A DNA stretch of 62,615 nt, filler included, from Choristocarpus tenellus KU-1152 (Eukaryota; Protista; Phaeophyceae): assembly GCA_964200185.2 (NCBI GenBank). It is 10 parts of 10 records of this genome, joined end to end, with 100 filler letters (N's around TTAATTAATTAA, not from the genome) between each part and the next. Parts side by side here need not be neighbours in the genome. Positions count along the whole stretch, not along the records: positions 38,318 to 43,168 come from CAXNAD020012795.1; positions 43,269 to 48,602 come from CAXNAD020011116.1; positions 48,703 to 59,474 come from CAXNAD020002721.1; 7 more parts are not named here. The stretch is one strand, 5' to 3'. The notes beneath the pieces are model-generated. The model had not been told where the DNA came from, searched no databases, and was given only the letters and a program-made list of their open reading frames with translations. Of the stretch, positions 38,406 through 52,300 are shown one piece after another. The translations under genes were made by a program, and so were the position numbers. Each line of letters starts with the position of its first letter. The stretch's first letter is position 1.

Positions 38406-40874
38406 GGCACGCACTGGTTCATAAGATCATGTCCTAAAACAGGTTTTTGGGTTAGGACCTGCAAGAAAATCAGGAACACAAATAGAAGACGGATCTACAC
38501 ATCTGTCACAGTGGTCGGCTGTCATTGGTGGTGCAGGAGCAAACCGTGCGTATCGTCATCGCCAATCACTTCTAACACCACCTTCCGATTTCTGTTGACG
38601 CCTTCCTCCTCGCGTCGAAAACTCACAAAAAAAAAAAAAAACTTTGTTGAGACGTGACGTGGCCCACAAGGCATACCGCACACTAGCGTCGAGCCCGATG
38701 GCACTAGGAACAAAACAACCTCGTAAGAGTCCAAATAAGATAAAATAAATACATATATATTCTTTAAACCAAGTTAAAAGTAACTAATCAACCGCTGTAG
38801 GAAGTAAAAATCTTATCGAATCGAAGTCCGCCACACAGAGACACACACAGAGAGCACCGAGCTCAAATGCGTGAGAAAAAAAAAAGCAAAAAAGCAAAAA
38901 AAGCAAAAAAGCAAAAAAAGCGAGCAAAACGCACGGAGCGCACTCACGCAATAAGAATAATTCGACCAATCGAAAGGGGTTTCGATTTTCACGACCTCGA
39001 TCGGAACTCTACTCCACTCTACTCCACTCTTCGAGAGAGGAGCCTTTTGACCAATCGATTCCATTGTGAACGGGGTCCAGGTTCAAAGTCCTTGTTTGTC
39101 AGATTGTTATTATACAGGGAGGCACACTGGAGGATTCTAAAACCCTCGCCTGCCACATTGCAACTCCCTCTGAAAAAAAAATAAAAAATCGTAAAGCGCC
39201 ACCACAGTAGTGGCATCTACCTGACAAAGGAAAAATCTCGAAAAGAGTCCTCGGATTGTACAGGGGTGATAAGAGCGATCTTGGATGTTGATCAAGAACG
39301 TCAGCTTGCACCCTAATAGCCATATGAGGTCAATCCCGTTCATCTGTACAGTGCCCCTGAAAAAAATCCACCCAAAGCTTTCTTTTTTTCTTCTTTTTTT
39401 CTGTTTTGTTCTGAATTATTACAAAAATATTTTCCCTTTCCTCATCCTGGGACCCGACAAGCCCTAGGCCCACCCTACTCCCTTATCCCCCTCCCTATAC
39501 CTGTGCCGGTGGCGGAGGACCCTTGAATACAGCCAATCTCAGAGGAACGTACTCCAAGAAAATAACCACAGCTGCCCTCCCGAGTTTACACAACATAGAT
39601 GGCTTTCCTCCTTTCCTGCTGGTCGGTCCCCTTGCCCCCCCCAAAGAGCAGTGCTACTTCAAAAAACAGACGAGACGTAATTCCCCCCTCCTACACCTCT
39701 GTCAAGAAGTACCTAGACTGGAAATCTCGAGTGGGCTCTGCATGGGTGCCGCACCATGGCAGATGTCGATACTCGACTAGTACAATGGGCTGGTGTCATG
39801 GAGAATATTATCGGGGCGGGAATGGAAATCTTAATGTCTATAGTTCAAATGACATGGATCGCTGGAGCCTCAGACTCCACGGCGCAACTTCAAGACGATT
39901 TTGCAGCGTCCGAATCGGTTGGGCTTGTCGCAAATAGTGGAGGGAGTTTCGAGTCTTGAATCGCTGCTACGTACTAGAGATGTGCATCTATTAAGGCTAC
40001 CATCGTACGCGACTCTGTGGGTTCCCGAAAGGTATGAGAAGATTCCCCTAGAAACAAACAAGTCGCCGTATGTATCTCTACACTCGTCAGTTATGGACGT
40101 AAAGCAGTCTTGACCACAGGTATGATAAAAGAAAACTCGGTGTGCCTTTAGTCATGTATCGACTTCGTCCTGGGAGGCAGATGATGAAGGTAATCCTTTG
40201 CCCGAATGTTGCCGACTTTTATCGCTTGCCCTTTCTGTGGCTAGAGCAAGTGGGGATCAAACCACAGGCTGGGGAACGGATGTGACTGGTCGAACGGGTT
40301 TTGATGCATTGCTTTTTGGGAACGGAGGAAGGTTCGGTATTTAAGGCAGCACAGACAGCGGGCGAGGAGTTCTGGTCTAAAGCAGTACAGTTGACAACCT
40401 TTATGTATAACAGTGAAGTTTGGCTTGATACCTCTCCGTGCATGGGCGTCCTGTTGTGATGATAAAGTTTTAGATTATTTCCCTGACGATCGGGGTTTCG
40501 GCTGACATGCTAACAAACCTAGGAAACGGATGTACTATGTAACCAAAAGTAGTGTGTCTTCTATTATTATATGATGTAGTTGCAGCATTTTGATTGACTG
40601 GGACAAATGCTCATCGGTCGTTTCGATTGGATCATTTCAATAGGATAAAATCGATAATCCGTTACCCTTTAATTCGACGGTTTGCCATTTCTTTGTCCAA
40701 AGGATAAATTGCGAAATTGGTAGTGGGCGAATTTGGCTTCTAAACTCTTTGCAAAATAAACATTCAATAGTACTTTGATTTGGGTAGGATGTTGGAGAGT
40801 TAGGAGGACTCGTTGGTACAATTCGATGAGTTGATCTTCACCTACCTATCTATGTATTTATTCCCCCTAAAAAA

Positions 40875-41143
40875 GACTCAAAGTATCTTTGAGGGTAGAT
40901 CTGTGTCCATTTGGGGGCCAAAATCTAATCAATGTTGCGATTTTGATGTAATTTTGGCTATCGTTTTTGTTAGAAAGTGTCAATATCCTTGTTCTGGAAA
41001 AACCTTTTCATAACGTATACATTTCACCTACTCCAAAACTTTTTCGAGTAAGAAAATGTCATACAAAATCCGTAGGAAGCCAAACCCCAAATAAATAATG
41101 GACCAACATGGTAAAATTCATACTCTCTAAGATACTTTCACTG
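40875..41143 (+). mobile_element. MITE family A copy
   Basis: GACTCAAAGTATCTTTGAGGGTAGA ... TACTCTCTAAGATACTTTCACTG. Confidence 0.88.
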
Positions 41144-43076
41144 TGAAGAGCTTCATATCTGTCAAGGTATGCGCTCAATAGAGCAGATCTAGGTTATTGA
41201 CGAAGGCCATCCGTTTCACACCTTTCTATATTTTTCTTTTTTAACTCATGACAACCTTTACCACGATTTTCGGCTGACCATTCAAAAAGGGTGCATTCTC
41301 TCACCAAAATATGGACCAATTCAGTTGCGGCTAAGTCATCTCGAGGGACTTGTTGTAAGAGCTGCCCTGTGATGCGCTGGACTTCGACTGCAGACGAGTA
41401 GCCTAAAAGGATCACTGTGTATCCCAAGAAGGCCAGACAAGAGATTTCGAGGGGCTCATTGTTGGAGGGGGTTAAGTTATTGATGCGTGGACGCAATGCG
41501 TGAACGCTTTGAGCCGTCACGACTGCTACAGGAATTCTCCAAAAGTCTGGTCCTGGGCTGGAGCCTTTCCTAATCACTGTTTCCCAGTGGAACATGTGAA
41601 GTAAAAGAACAGTGTGACACACGAAAAAAGATAGGGAATGTGAGTGTACAAATGGCGGAGAATAACTATATATTTAGGCGATGTCTATATCATGGTGGTC
41701 AGAATCCACTCGTTTACGACTATAGGTGTATGATGTTTCCCAAAGAACCACATATGCCATCACGCTAGGCCCTTCCTCCAAGTTAGGAGGTGGGGCCAAT
41801 GTTCGAAGACCACCCACGGAGGCGACAAGGACTAGCAGGAGGAAGTCCCGTAGTCGACTAAAGAGGTACAGAACCATCCAAGGAGACTATTGAATCAAAT
41901 GAAAGAAAAATCCAGGCTATCGTAGGAAGCTACCAAGAATCCTAAGCGCTGAGGTGAATACTGAGTACTCTCTCCAGTTTGAAGAGAGGCGGTAGGACAT
42001 ACATGTTACAACACATTCCAGAACTCACCTCCACAGGACGTGCAACTCAAACCCAACGACCTTAAGACGATGCTATGGGGGCATTGTCTTCGGTGACAGT
42101 TAGTTGGGCGTCAGAAACTCTTCTCTCGAAGCTTCATTCAGCGTTTAGCTCAAAGTTTGACTTAATATGTCATCACCCCCACCTGATTTCTAAAGACAAT
42201 AAGTTAAAAGACATCTGCAAACTGCTGTATACATACTCCAATCATAACCTATATTCTCCAACTTCCAACAAATCAGCGTATATTCTGTAAGGACGGACCC
42301 CTATGTGCTACTAATCTCGTATACTGCTCGCGCTTTCTTGAACACAAGAGAAGAAATCCTCGAGCTATTCGCCTGTAACACACCTGTCAGCCTTCTTTAA
42401 CACCTTCGGCGTCTGGGATGTGATATCGGCAGACTGGCGTGTAGAAACAATATGACATAATGTACTGTGTACTATAGAATATATACAGAGTAATGAGTAC
42501 TACTAGTTTGGTTTACTTACGTCAGAACGTAAAATAGTGCATACAGTCGGTGTACCTATATAAGAGAGGGTAGGGGCAAAACAAAACTCTCTTATATCGC
42601 GATGCTCTCTTATTTATATAAGAGCGTTTTTATCGTAAACCGAGAGATCGTGATAAGAGAAACCTACAAAATATTGAGCAAAAGTGGTCGTAGGCAGAGC
42701 GACGCCCTTGTCATATGTGCTTCCCATGTGCCTTCAAAAGTAGTTACATGTAGATATGTATTGAACATTGCGCCCTCGGTGGGCCCATTTTGATGGAGCT
42801 GTGGTGGTGCAGCAAAGCACCACATCTACACCACCCTTCCACAGTATACCAGTGTAATAAGTATACCGTCCTGTAACTTGGGTAAAATGACACTCGTTAC
42901 GATTTATTCACTGATATGTATAGCACACCTTCCAAAGAAAAGCATCTGCAAGCCAATGGATGGCTGGACAGACGACTCACAGTTCAAATCGAATCAATGT
43001 TCAAAGCCAATCTCCCTCCGATGCCCTGCCCTACGTATTAACTGCACTCTTAGAGCTACAAGGATATTATACAGTA

Positions 43077-43168
43077 GAACCAAAGTATCTTAGAGGGTAG
43101 AGCCGTGTCCATTTGAGGGCCAAAATCGGATGTTGCGATTTTGATGTAATTTTGGCTAACGTGTTTGT
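43077..43168 (+). mobile_element. MITE family A, 5' part truncated by contig end
   Basis: GAACCAAAGTATCTTAGAGGGTAGAGCCGTGTCCATTTG... Confidence 0.88.
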
Positions 43169-43268
43169 NNNNNNNNNNNNNNNNNNNNNNNNNNNNNNNN
43201 NNNNNNNNNNNNTTAATTAATTAANNNNNNNNNNNNNNNNNNNNNNNNNNNNNNNNNNNNNNNNNNNN
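43169..43268. other. Artificial contig linker
   Basis: N44-TTAATTAATTAA-N44. Confidence 0.98.
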
Positions 43269-43810
43269 ATGCCAAATCACCCCTCTGGAATTCAAGCTCA
43301 CAGTCAGCAGCTCCCGAGGGAGGGAGGAGGCCCTATCCAACTGGTGCCCAGTGGCAGGGTGCAGGAGGCAAAATATCGATAGCAGATACGCCCGTACCTG
43401 CCCCAGTGCAGGGGGACAGGTACGACAGCACACTCCAATGGCAAAACGCCTAAGCCAACTATGCAAGGGGATGGGCATCCTTTGCACATCGGTTGACGGT
43501 AGCCCTTTCACAGTGGACAGGAATCTCCTTATGGATCTGGTGCTTCACGCAGGAGCACTAGCGGACGCCGGAACAGCTCCCTACAGGGACAAAGGTGTTC
43601 GACTAGACGTCACCTTCGCAGAGGTACAGGCAACCTCCCACCTAACTCACTCATCCTTCAGCAATGGTGTAGCCGCTGCTGCAGCCGAGTCGTGAAAGCG
43701 CACCCACTGCGAGTGACTTATTGATTTATTGTAGGTATAACTGTAATGCCTTCGCGGTGGAAAGTTTTGGGCGCCTCGACAAGCAAGCGAAATGCTTCCT
43801 GGACACAGGA
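43269..43810 (+). mobile_element. Non-LTR retrotransposon (CRE/R2-type) C-terminal zinc-finger and restriction-like endonuclease remnant
   Basis: CRRQNIDSRYARTC...RQH...LMDLV...LDVTF...AAAAAES*KRTH..., then AFAVESFGRL; contains stops. Confidence 0.7.
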
Positions 43811-45759
43811 AGGTATATTATTTTTAAGATTTCTTGGTAACCCTAACCCTAAACCTAACCTTGACCCTAACCCTAGAGATACTTGTTGTGGGCTGTCCAT
43901 TTCTAATTTTACCTTCGAATCTCATCAATTAAGCAAGAAACCCGGTTCTCTTTTTCCTTTATTCGTTGGATGATATACATACTACTATACTATACCTATT
44001 TATAGTTTAGAATATTGTTATATGTTCACGGTGGGAAGTTATATTTCGAAATTCCAGATTCGATTTATTGAATCTTATATGCCCTTCATCGATCGTGTAG
44101 AGATCCTAAAACGTCACCTTGCGATTACCATGTTTGGTTACGATGGTGAAGGTGGAACTGCGAACGTCAGGGCAGAGGAGGGATCAGGCGAAGAAGAATC
44201 GGTTAATCATGGGACATTCAGAGATCCTCTTGGCCTCATTGAGAACAGGGTTGCCGCCTATTGAATACGACTCCGTTATGGAATCTTCCGAATGTTTGGA
44301 CCTAAAATTACCACAGCAGCACAAACGAGCTGGTTCTACAAAAACCACAGATACTCTGAGCGTTTCTGGACGTTGTACCCCTGAGTCGGATACAGCGCAC
44401 AATTGCCTAATATTGGATCGGGTGGTGAAGTTTGCCGATGAATGTGGTGAGCCTCTTGTAAAGGATATCTTCATCATCGAGAACTGGTGGGAGGAGGTGG
44501 TTTTCGGTGAACGGGGCCTCCCCTGTCAATCTAGCGGGCTGGAGAGGGAGGGCACAGACGAGGAAGGGAAAGTCGTGGAAGGGAGATGCTTGGAGTGCCA
44601 GAGCTTAGGGGAGTGCGGTCGTTGCAATTACCTGCTGGAGTTCGTGGGGGAATTGACCTGTGGTGTAGAGGCCACGCTCAAAATCCCTGGTCTTCTGGGG
44701 AAGCGAAAGCAGAGCATTGTCCTTTACACTGATGATAATGGAGCAACCATATGCTGGATTGAACGTGGAGGCAAGCAAATTTCGCCTCACAAATTACCTT
44801 GCTATTGCCTACTTGAGGTAACTGACCGAAGGACGGAACGCAGGAAGCGAAGGGGAGGGAGAGGTGATCGGAAGGAGGGGGTGAAAGTCGGCCTTAAGTG
44901 GCGGTTACAACCTACTTTTTCGAAACGTAGTGCCACAATTAAAGTGCAGAGCTGCAAGGACGCAAATGCGTTCACTAGGGGAATGTTGCAGTTGTCAAGG
45001 CAAAACGTAAATTTACAGTTTGAAGAGTAAGTCCTTTAGTGTTGATGTGTTTTTTTCACAACCGTTTTTATGATGGCATGCTGGTGAGCGTGATATTGAA
45101 AGAGTACGCACTCATGATATGATCTGGAATTTTTCCCCCCAACAAAAGATATGCTTAGTCACAGGTTTCCCCCCTTTTGACTGTTTCAATGTAGGCGTGA
45201 TTTCAGTTATATTTCAGGAGGAATAGATCGTCTTTACTCAGGCAAGAAGAAGAAAAATTCGTATACTTTGAGTGAGGGAAGGAGAATCTGACAATCCTCG
45301 ACAACGTTTAGCCTGAGTGATGACATTTCTCATGTAAATGAACAAATAGTATAGCCTTAGATGATTAGATTTGAATGGCATTAGATGTTTGATTTGCCCT
45401 CCTCTGAGACAGTGAGTGATTATCCTTTGTATGTAACATCAATAATGTACGACATGATGATAATCACATTTGTTTTTGATCGCAAGAGGCATCTGATCTA
45501 TTCCACAAAGGTTGACTCTTGTCAGGCTCTCATCCTGATGCTCTGCTCATGTTTCCTGCAATGTTCTCAGCTAAGTGCCAAAATACGTACACCAGTACAC
45601 CACACTGCTCATGTTTGCCTCAAACTATGTCAATGTCAATGCACTGGGTATCAACTTGAATGATCAGTCCATGAGGCGAAAGGCATTACCTTTTGCAGGA
45701 TGTTGAGTGATAGGAAAAATATGGGTGACAGTGCACCGTGATTATGTTTGATTAGCAAC

Positions 45760-47060
45760 CGTTCAGAGCTGAGGGTTCCAAGCATCCAACACTTCAGGGT
45801 TGTGAGTATGCAGCAAGTTTCGTACTATCGTGTAGTGTGTCAAATTTAGATGTGTCGAGTGGAAAGGGATCAGCGTAGTAGCCGTTGGGGTGAGGTATTT
45901 GAGTCCCATGGAATTGGAATGGAGGGTGAAGTGTGATATTGAAGAAAAAAATGTCCGTAGAGCTCTAGGGCTTGTAGCATGTGCATGGAGTAGGGGTTGT
46001 GCACACACACACACACACACCCAGCAAATTTTCATGTGTATACAAATCCTGTTTAGGGTGGAAAATGCTCTGTAGTTTTGGCCTAGGAACCGTCCAGTAG
46101 TTCGTGTGAAATTTGAGCCCAGGGCCCTGTGCGTTATTCAAGTTCAGACAGTTAGACCCTAGCACTTGATGCTTGAGGGGGGTGAATATGAATTGGTGGA
46201 TTGTCATGGGATGAGTAAATTGTTTTCAGGTTGTAAAGGGAGAGTGAGGTTGTTGTGGAAGAGACATGAGTCACAGTGTTAAATTAGGATGGATGGCTGC
46301 AGTCACTCCTTGCAACCTTTTAGTGGGGATGGTACCTTCCCCACAACTGCAGGACAGGAAGAGTGAATGAGGTTTTTGTATATGATGTTTGGTGGTCAGA
46401 AATGGAAGTAATGTGTTAGGTAAGTTGGCCAATAAATGTTTGGATAGCAACACTAGAGCTTGAGGGTTCCCACCACATGACAGTTCAAGGCAGTCACATG
46501 TGGTGAAGTTGCATGGTTCTGTTGTGGTATGGGTAAACTATATGTAGGGAAGAGTGGGACTGTTGTATTTGGAAGGGGACTCACTGACTAGTATAAAAAT
46601 AGGTTGGTAGGTGCAGTGCATGTTCAGGTAGGGACAGTTGGACCCCTAGCACTTTGCGCTTGAGGTAACTTTGTATATTTAGCAGTAAATTCGAATGGTG
46701 CGAAGTATGAGGAGTGATTCGTGTTTAGGTTGAAACAGGCAACATAGTAACCCAAATGCTGTGGAATGGGCGAAGTCATAATGTGAAATCAGAGTATGGA
46801 GGGTGAGGTCAGTTTGTGTATTGTTCAAATAGGGAGAGCACCTTTCCTAGATCTGGATGCTTGAGGAGAGTGTGTGAAGTTCATTTTTCGTTGTTGTGGA
46901 GAGTGCGATAGGTAAGTTTGGTGGGTGTAAAAGGCAGTATTGTGATGGGAAAGAAACTTAGTGATACGAAATTAGAGTTGAGGGTGCAATGTGATATTTT
47001 CGTAGGCATAAGAGAGCCCCTAGGACTGGATACTTCAGAGAGTAGCATGGATAGTGTGTG
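45760..47060. repeat. Highly diverged tandem repeat, ~175-200-bp unit
   Basis: Recurrent motif CCTAG(C/G)ACT(T/G)GATGCTTGAGG near 46157, 46645, 46846 and 47019, with weaker copies near 45962 and 46453. Confidence 0.55.
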
Positions 47061-48602
47061 GCAAATTTGTGGGTAGAACTATGTGTAGTATGGAAAGGGT
47101 ACTGTTCTGTTAGGGAGGGGGCAGAGAAATTTAAAACTTTTAGGAGGTTGTAGTGTGATGTTTGAATATGAACAGTAGTGCTTTTTGAGCCTTGTTTGGA
47201 ATGTTCGTATGATAAATTTGATGTGGGGTGCAGTACGAAAGGTTATATTTAATAGCTGTAGGTGGGCAGAAGGCTAGATTCGTGTTGGAATAGCAGGTGC
47301 TGGGTAATCGGTGTGGAAGTCGTACAGAGAGTTTGTTTATTCGTCTATCTGTACTAAATGTGGGTTGGAGGTACAGTGTGACGTCTATGTGGGACAGTAA
47401 TAGTACAGAGATCTATGTTGAAAAGCAGAAGGGAATGATCTGTGCACAAGGTGTATGAGAATGACTGACTTGAGGTTGGCTTAAGAACTTGGGTAACACG
47501 GAACACAGGAAGAGAGTGTATTGCTGTGCAGTCAAGGTCCATGAATTGTGCATTGTGTTTGCTTGATGTACTTGGGAGGGGGGTGCATTCTATGTTAGTT
47601 AATGCAAGCTGGGGGCTACAGTGTGATCTAAATCAGGGTGTTGGAGTGTGCCCATTCAAATGCACTGATTGGCTGAAGTAAACTGACCACTGTGAATACT
47701 GTGAGCAGATTTTACCCTCTTCACATACCCTAGCCCTTCTGCATTCAGTGTTATCCACCCAATTCAAACTTCTAAATAGAGTTGGCTTTTTTTCAATTTG
47801 ATTTGATTGAAGTTCCTTGATGTAGCGACAGTGTTGTGACACCTGGCAACATCAGTGATGCCTTGAATGTATGGATGCGGCCTCGTTGTGTTCTTGACAT
47901 TACTACTCGTGTACAGATGCTGTATGGAGAAGAGGAGTGGGATGTTCAAAACGCGGCAGTGACTGGGTGAGTCCATTGTATTTTTTTAAATGGTAGTATC
48001 AATGATCCCTTGGTGATCTACTCTAGCCTCGTCAACATGAGTTCTGTTGAATTACTGGCAAGCAGACACTAAGGCGAGAGGGGGAGGTTATTGATCAAAA
48101 TATGTCAGGCAGATCTGATGAACTCACAACAGGGAGTTGCCCCACAGTAGCAAGTGAGTGTGTGGGAATTAGCCCTTTAATTCAGATATTGAGAGCATCA
48201 CGTTTGAGGTGAATGTGCCCACCTTGCTCCTCCAGTGCCTATCCTGCAAAGCATCGTCATCCCCATGAGGATCGGGATGCCATTAATGATGATAGGAGGA
48301 CACGATTGAAGGAAAATCTGTAGGCAATGCGCCAAAGTGCACAAGAGATAGTCCCGTAGTGAGAAGTCTGAAAGCAAGCCACAAAGGATCCTTGCCATAC
48401 CTACTCCTTCCATAACAAAGGGCGGGGAGATCATTTTTTTTTGCGTTCAATTATTTGCAGGTATCATTTGTTAAATTTCTCAAGGTCTGAAGTGTGTGCA
48501 AGGTGTTGAGTGGACGGGGGCTCCTGACTCCGCACCCCTTCTTGAACTGTGCCACCTTGCTGTGCATAAAAAGGGGTTGCCAACATCATCCCAAGGCATT
48601 TC

Positions 48603-48702
48603 NNNNNNNNNNNNNNNNNNNNNNNNNNNNNNNNNNNNNNNNNNNNTTAATTAATTAANNNNNNNNNNNNNNNNNNNNNNNNNNNNNNNNNNNNNNNNNN
48701 NN
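48603..48702. other. Artificial contig linker
   Basis: N44-TTAATTAATTAA-N44. Confidence 0.98.
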
Positions 48703-48755
48703 CATAGCCAAACCCCCTCCCCCCACAACACACAAATTTTTTATATTCTCCACAC

Positions 48756-48792
<37 letters not shown>

Positions 48793-49358
48793 ACAAATAC
48801 CAAGACTATTGATCACCTCCAGTGATATCTCTTCCCAGATCCACTACACTTCCCCACAGCATCTACATAAAGTCCTAACCCTGATTCCAATGAAAATATA
48901 AAGATATTACTTTGTTTTTCACTGTCCTATTTTTAAAATTAAGATGAAACGAAAAAAATGTATTGACTACCAAGACAAAAAAAAAACTGTACACAGAACT
49001 CCAAAATCAGACAAACGACAACTTATTGAAAAACATTCATAAAAATAAACAGACTAATTGATACACCATCCTTCCCAACATCCACAACAACATGAGGGCA
49101 TTCATTTAAACCGCCCACAATCTTCTACTCTGAGCACACTCATCACTGCAAAATTAAAATAAATTAAAATAGTGAATAGTGAACTCAACGAAAAATCCTT
49201 GAAAAATAGGGGATTTACAACACCTTGGCAGGCATTCAACACAATTTTCCCACTCTGCACTCCATACGAACCTCTCCTAACCCGACTCAACTTCGAATGT
49301 ACTTTGAACATTGACCACATTATATATACATATATAAATATATATATATATGCAATAC

Positions 49359-52300
49359 CTTCAAAGATGCCACCGGAGCCTTCAAAGTCCATCTCTTCTC
49401 CATCCTGTCCAAGACTTCGACGAGCATCTGTCTGGGCTCTGTGTTCATCCCGGAGAGCAATCAGTTCATCCTCAAAGAACATCTTCGCCTGAGTTCATTC
49501 AAGCAACCAAAGCAATGAAAGGCAATGTAGTATAGAGCAGTGTAGCAGGAAAAAAAGGGACCGGGGGAAAGAGAGTACATCAGGGTTAGGGTTTCTGTTC
49601 CCTAGTTTTCTTTTTTCTTTTTCTTTTCTACTCCATCTCAGTTATCACTTTCTCCTCTACTGGCTGCCACAACCCTAACCTTGAATCACAGACCTGAGAC
49701 CAATCTCGCAAATAATAACAATAACAATAGTAACAATGAACACATGACCAAAGACCATAGCAAGAAAGTCCCAGGGCACTAAAAAGATACTCTGAAAAGA
49801 AAAAGAGAGGTGAAGAGCTTTGGAGCTCTACATACAGTAACACACAAGTACAGAAAAATAACAAGAGTTTACTGATCCTACCCGGCAAAGAGGCAAAATC
49901 ATAGAGTGGCTGCTGCTGTCACCAAAAAGACTTATGTGCACAAAATACCATATTCCAACTCAATGAATGAGGTGAACTCAAAGAAATCTTGAATGCCTAA
50001 GGTACAACCCCAACAAACTGAAAACCAAACATTGCAACAATCCTCAAAAACCCTGAAAGCATCCCTATTTTTTAACCAAATCATATCTCCTCCACACTCC
50101 AAGTACAACAACATCACCACTTTTCTGAAACACGCGCACTCCACTATCATACTGACTTACTGGACCCCATCAAGTCAACTGACCAAGAAAACACCCCTGA
50201 CACAACAAAATGTGTCAAGAGGCTCTAACCCCAGATAACAAGGACCTTGTACATAAAAAAAAGACCAATGCCGGAGAACAGTGTTTCCATACTCTCCATT
50301 AAAAACCATTTCTTCGTGTTCTAAGTAGTTTGGGAAAATGATTCGACTGCTGATTTCAAATCAATCCTCAACATCCCAGCAACTGACAGATCCTGCAGTT
50401 GCATCCATTGCAGGAGCAAACACATCCCCACTCAAAACATTGATACCAACACGTACACAACTCCTGTGGATAATTAAATGTATACGATCACATCATTCTC
50501 ACCACAGTGATGAAAACAAACAAATTGGTTTCTACTCATTCATTGGCTAGAACACAGGTTGTCCTTAAAGAGACCACGGTGGAACACCCTAGTCCCATAA
50601 ATAAATCATTAAGGCCGACCAAGTTGATAAAAAAAATCTCTATTACAATGTCAATTGTTCTTAAATAGTCGTTAGTCAAGACATCCATTCGCAGTGCACA
50701 ACACCATATTTTACCATATTTTCACAAAACAAGAAAATTCCTTCACCAAAAATGAAGGCATCACATAAGCGCTCAAGAAAATCAGCGCACCAACACTACT
50801 ACAACACTCAAAACACAGTGAAAAGCATCCTTTTTTTACACTATAAATTTTGTCTACCACGGTCATGTTTTGTTTTGCCTATCACCTGCGAAGCCGTCTC
50901 CAGCTCCTCCCTAAGGCGCTGTACCTCTGCATCCTTCACAGCCGCTGCAGAAGTAGCCTCAAACTTTTGACGCTCTAGCTCCACAGCCTGCCAAAATACA
51001 CAAGACCCAAAAATAAGAACGAGTATGGGTGAGAATCAGAAGAGCCATCAATCACTGTGTCACACTGCTGGAATCAAACACATGGTGCCGTTGCATACCT
51101 GTACACATCTCTACTGTGACAATTAGAAAAAAAAACTCATGTATATCCTTCTTTGTAACACCCCCCAGGCTCAAAGTATCTGGGGGGGGAAGTCTACACC
51201 AAGGTGTCCATTTCGGCCCTCATCGGGAGAAGTGAACTTACATTATCCATCCGATGCATGCAACCAAATCACCCAAAAATTGCAACATGAAAAAATGGGC
51301 CCTGAGAGGACAGTCGCCACTCCCCCCCCCCAGGTACCCTGAGCCCTCACCCACCCCCTTGAAAAACACCATCTCCACAGGTCAAAATAAAATCCAAGTC
51401 CTCAACACTCCTATCTCCCTCGTTCCCACCATCAGAATCTACCTACCCACCTGTCCCATCTCAAAACCATTGCCCCCACCTGATCCTTATACTGTTCAAT
51501 CTTTTTCTTGAGTGTTGGGATGGTCTTGGCTGTACTCTCCAGCTCCAGCATCTAAGCTCAGTAGAACACGAGACAAATTGACATATCAACCAACACATAA
51601 CACATAACAACAAATAACAACACATAACCAGAGAGGAAAGGAAGGAGGAGCGGAGGGGTGTGGTGTTTTGGTTTGGCTGTCAGTTGGCATTCGATTTGGG
51701 GATTGACAGTAGGACTGTGTGAATGTGGAGGGATGGGGGCACTAGGACCAGGTTAGGGGGGATGTGCACAAAATAAGACTCCCCGAATAAACTCAAAGGA
51801 GAGTATAAAAAAAACAAGGGTTAGGGCTAGGAAGTGCCTGTACCTATAGAGTGTGTCATTGGTTACAAGGGCTCTACTCCAGAGAAAAAATCGAAGAATT
51901 TTGGTTAGGGTTAGGGTCAGCAGATCAAGCATTGACGAAGTACAACAATTCAATAAAAAGCAAAACAAAACCCATTTTGAAAGCATCCCATTTTTCTACC
52001 CACAGCAGCGCATTGCACCACATGAACAGAAACTGTCAAGACCTCCCTTTGCAGATAGTGGTGTGCTTGCAATGCAATTGACACAGAAACACACCTGGTC
52101 TAGGTACTTGGCATTTTGACTGTCCAACTCCTTCAGATGATGCTTCAGCTCCGCCATCTCATCAATACGCCTCTTGTACTTCTCCACAGTAGCTTCCGCC
52201 TGAACAAGGCAATGAAAAATGTATAAATATTGCCACTGCTGTTGTTCTGTATCACACACATCCATCTGCCAACAAAACATGCCTCTTCAAACACAAACTC

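Noticed and set aside
44119-45030. 303-aa plus-strand ORF as a real gene
   Set aside because: Non-ATG start and no recognisable domain; could be an antisense shadow of a decayed element.
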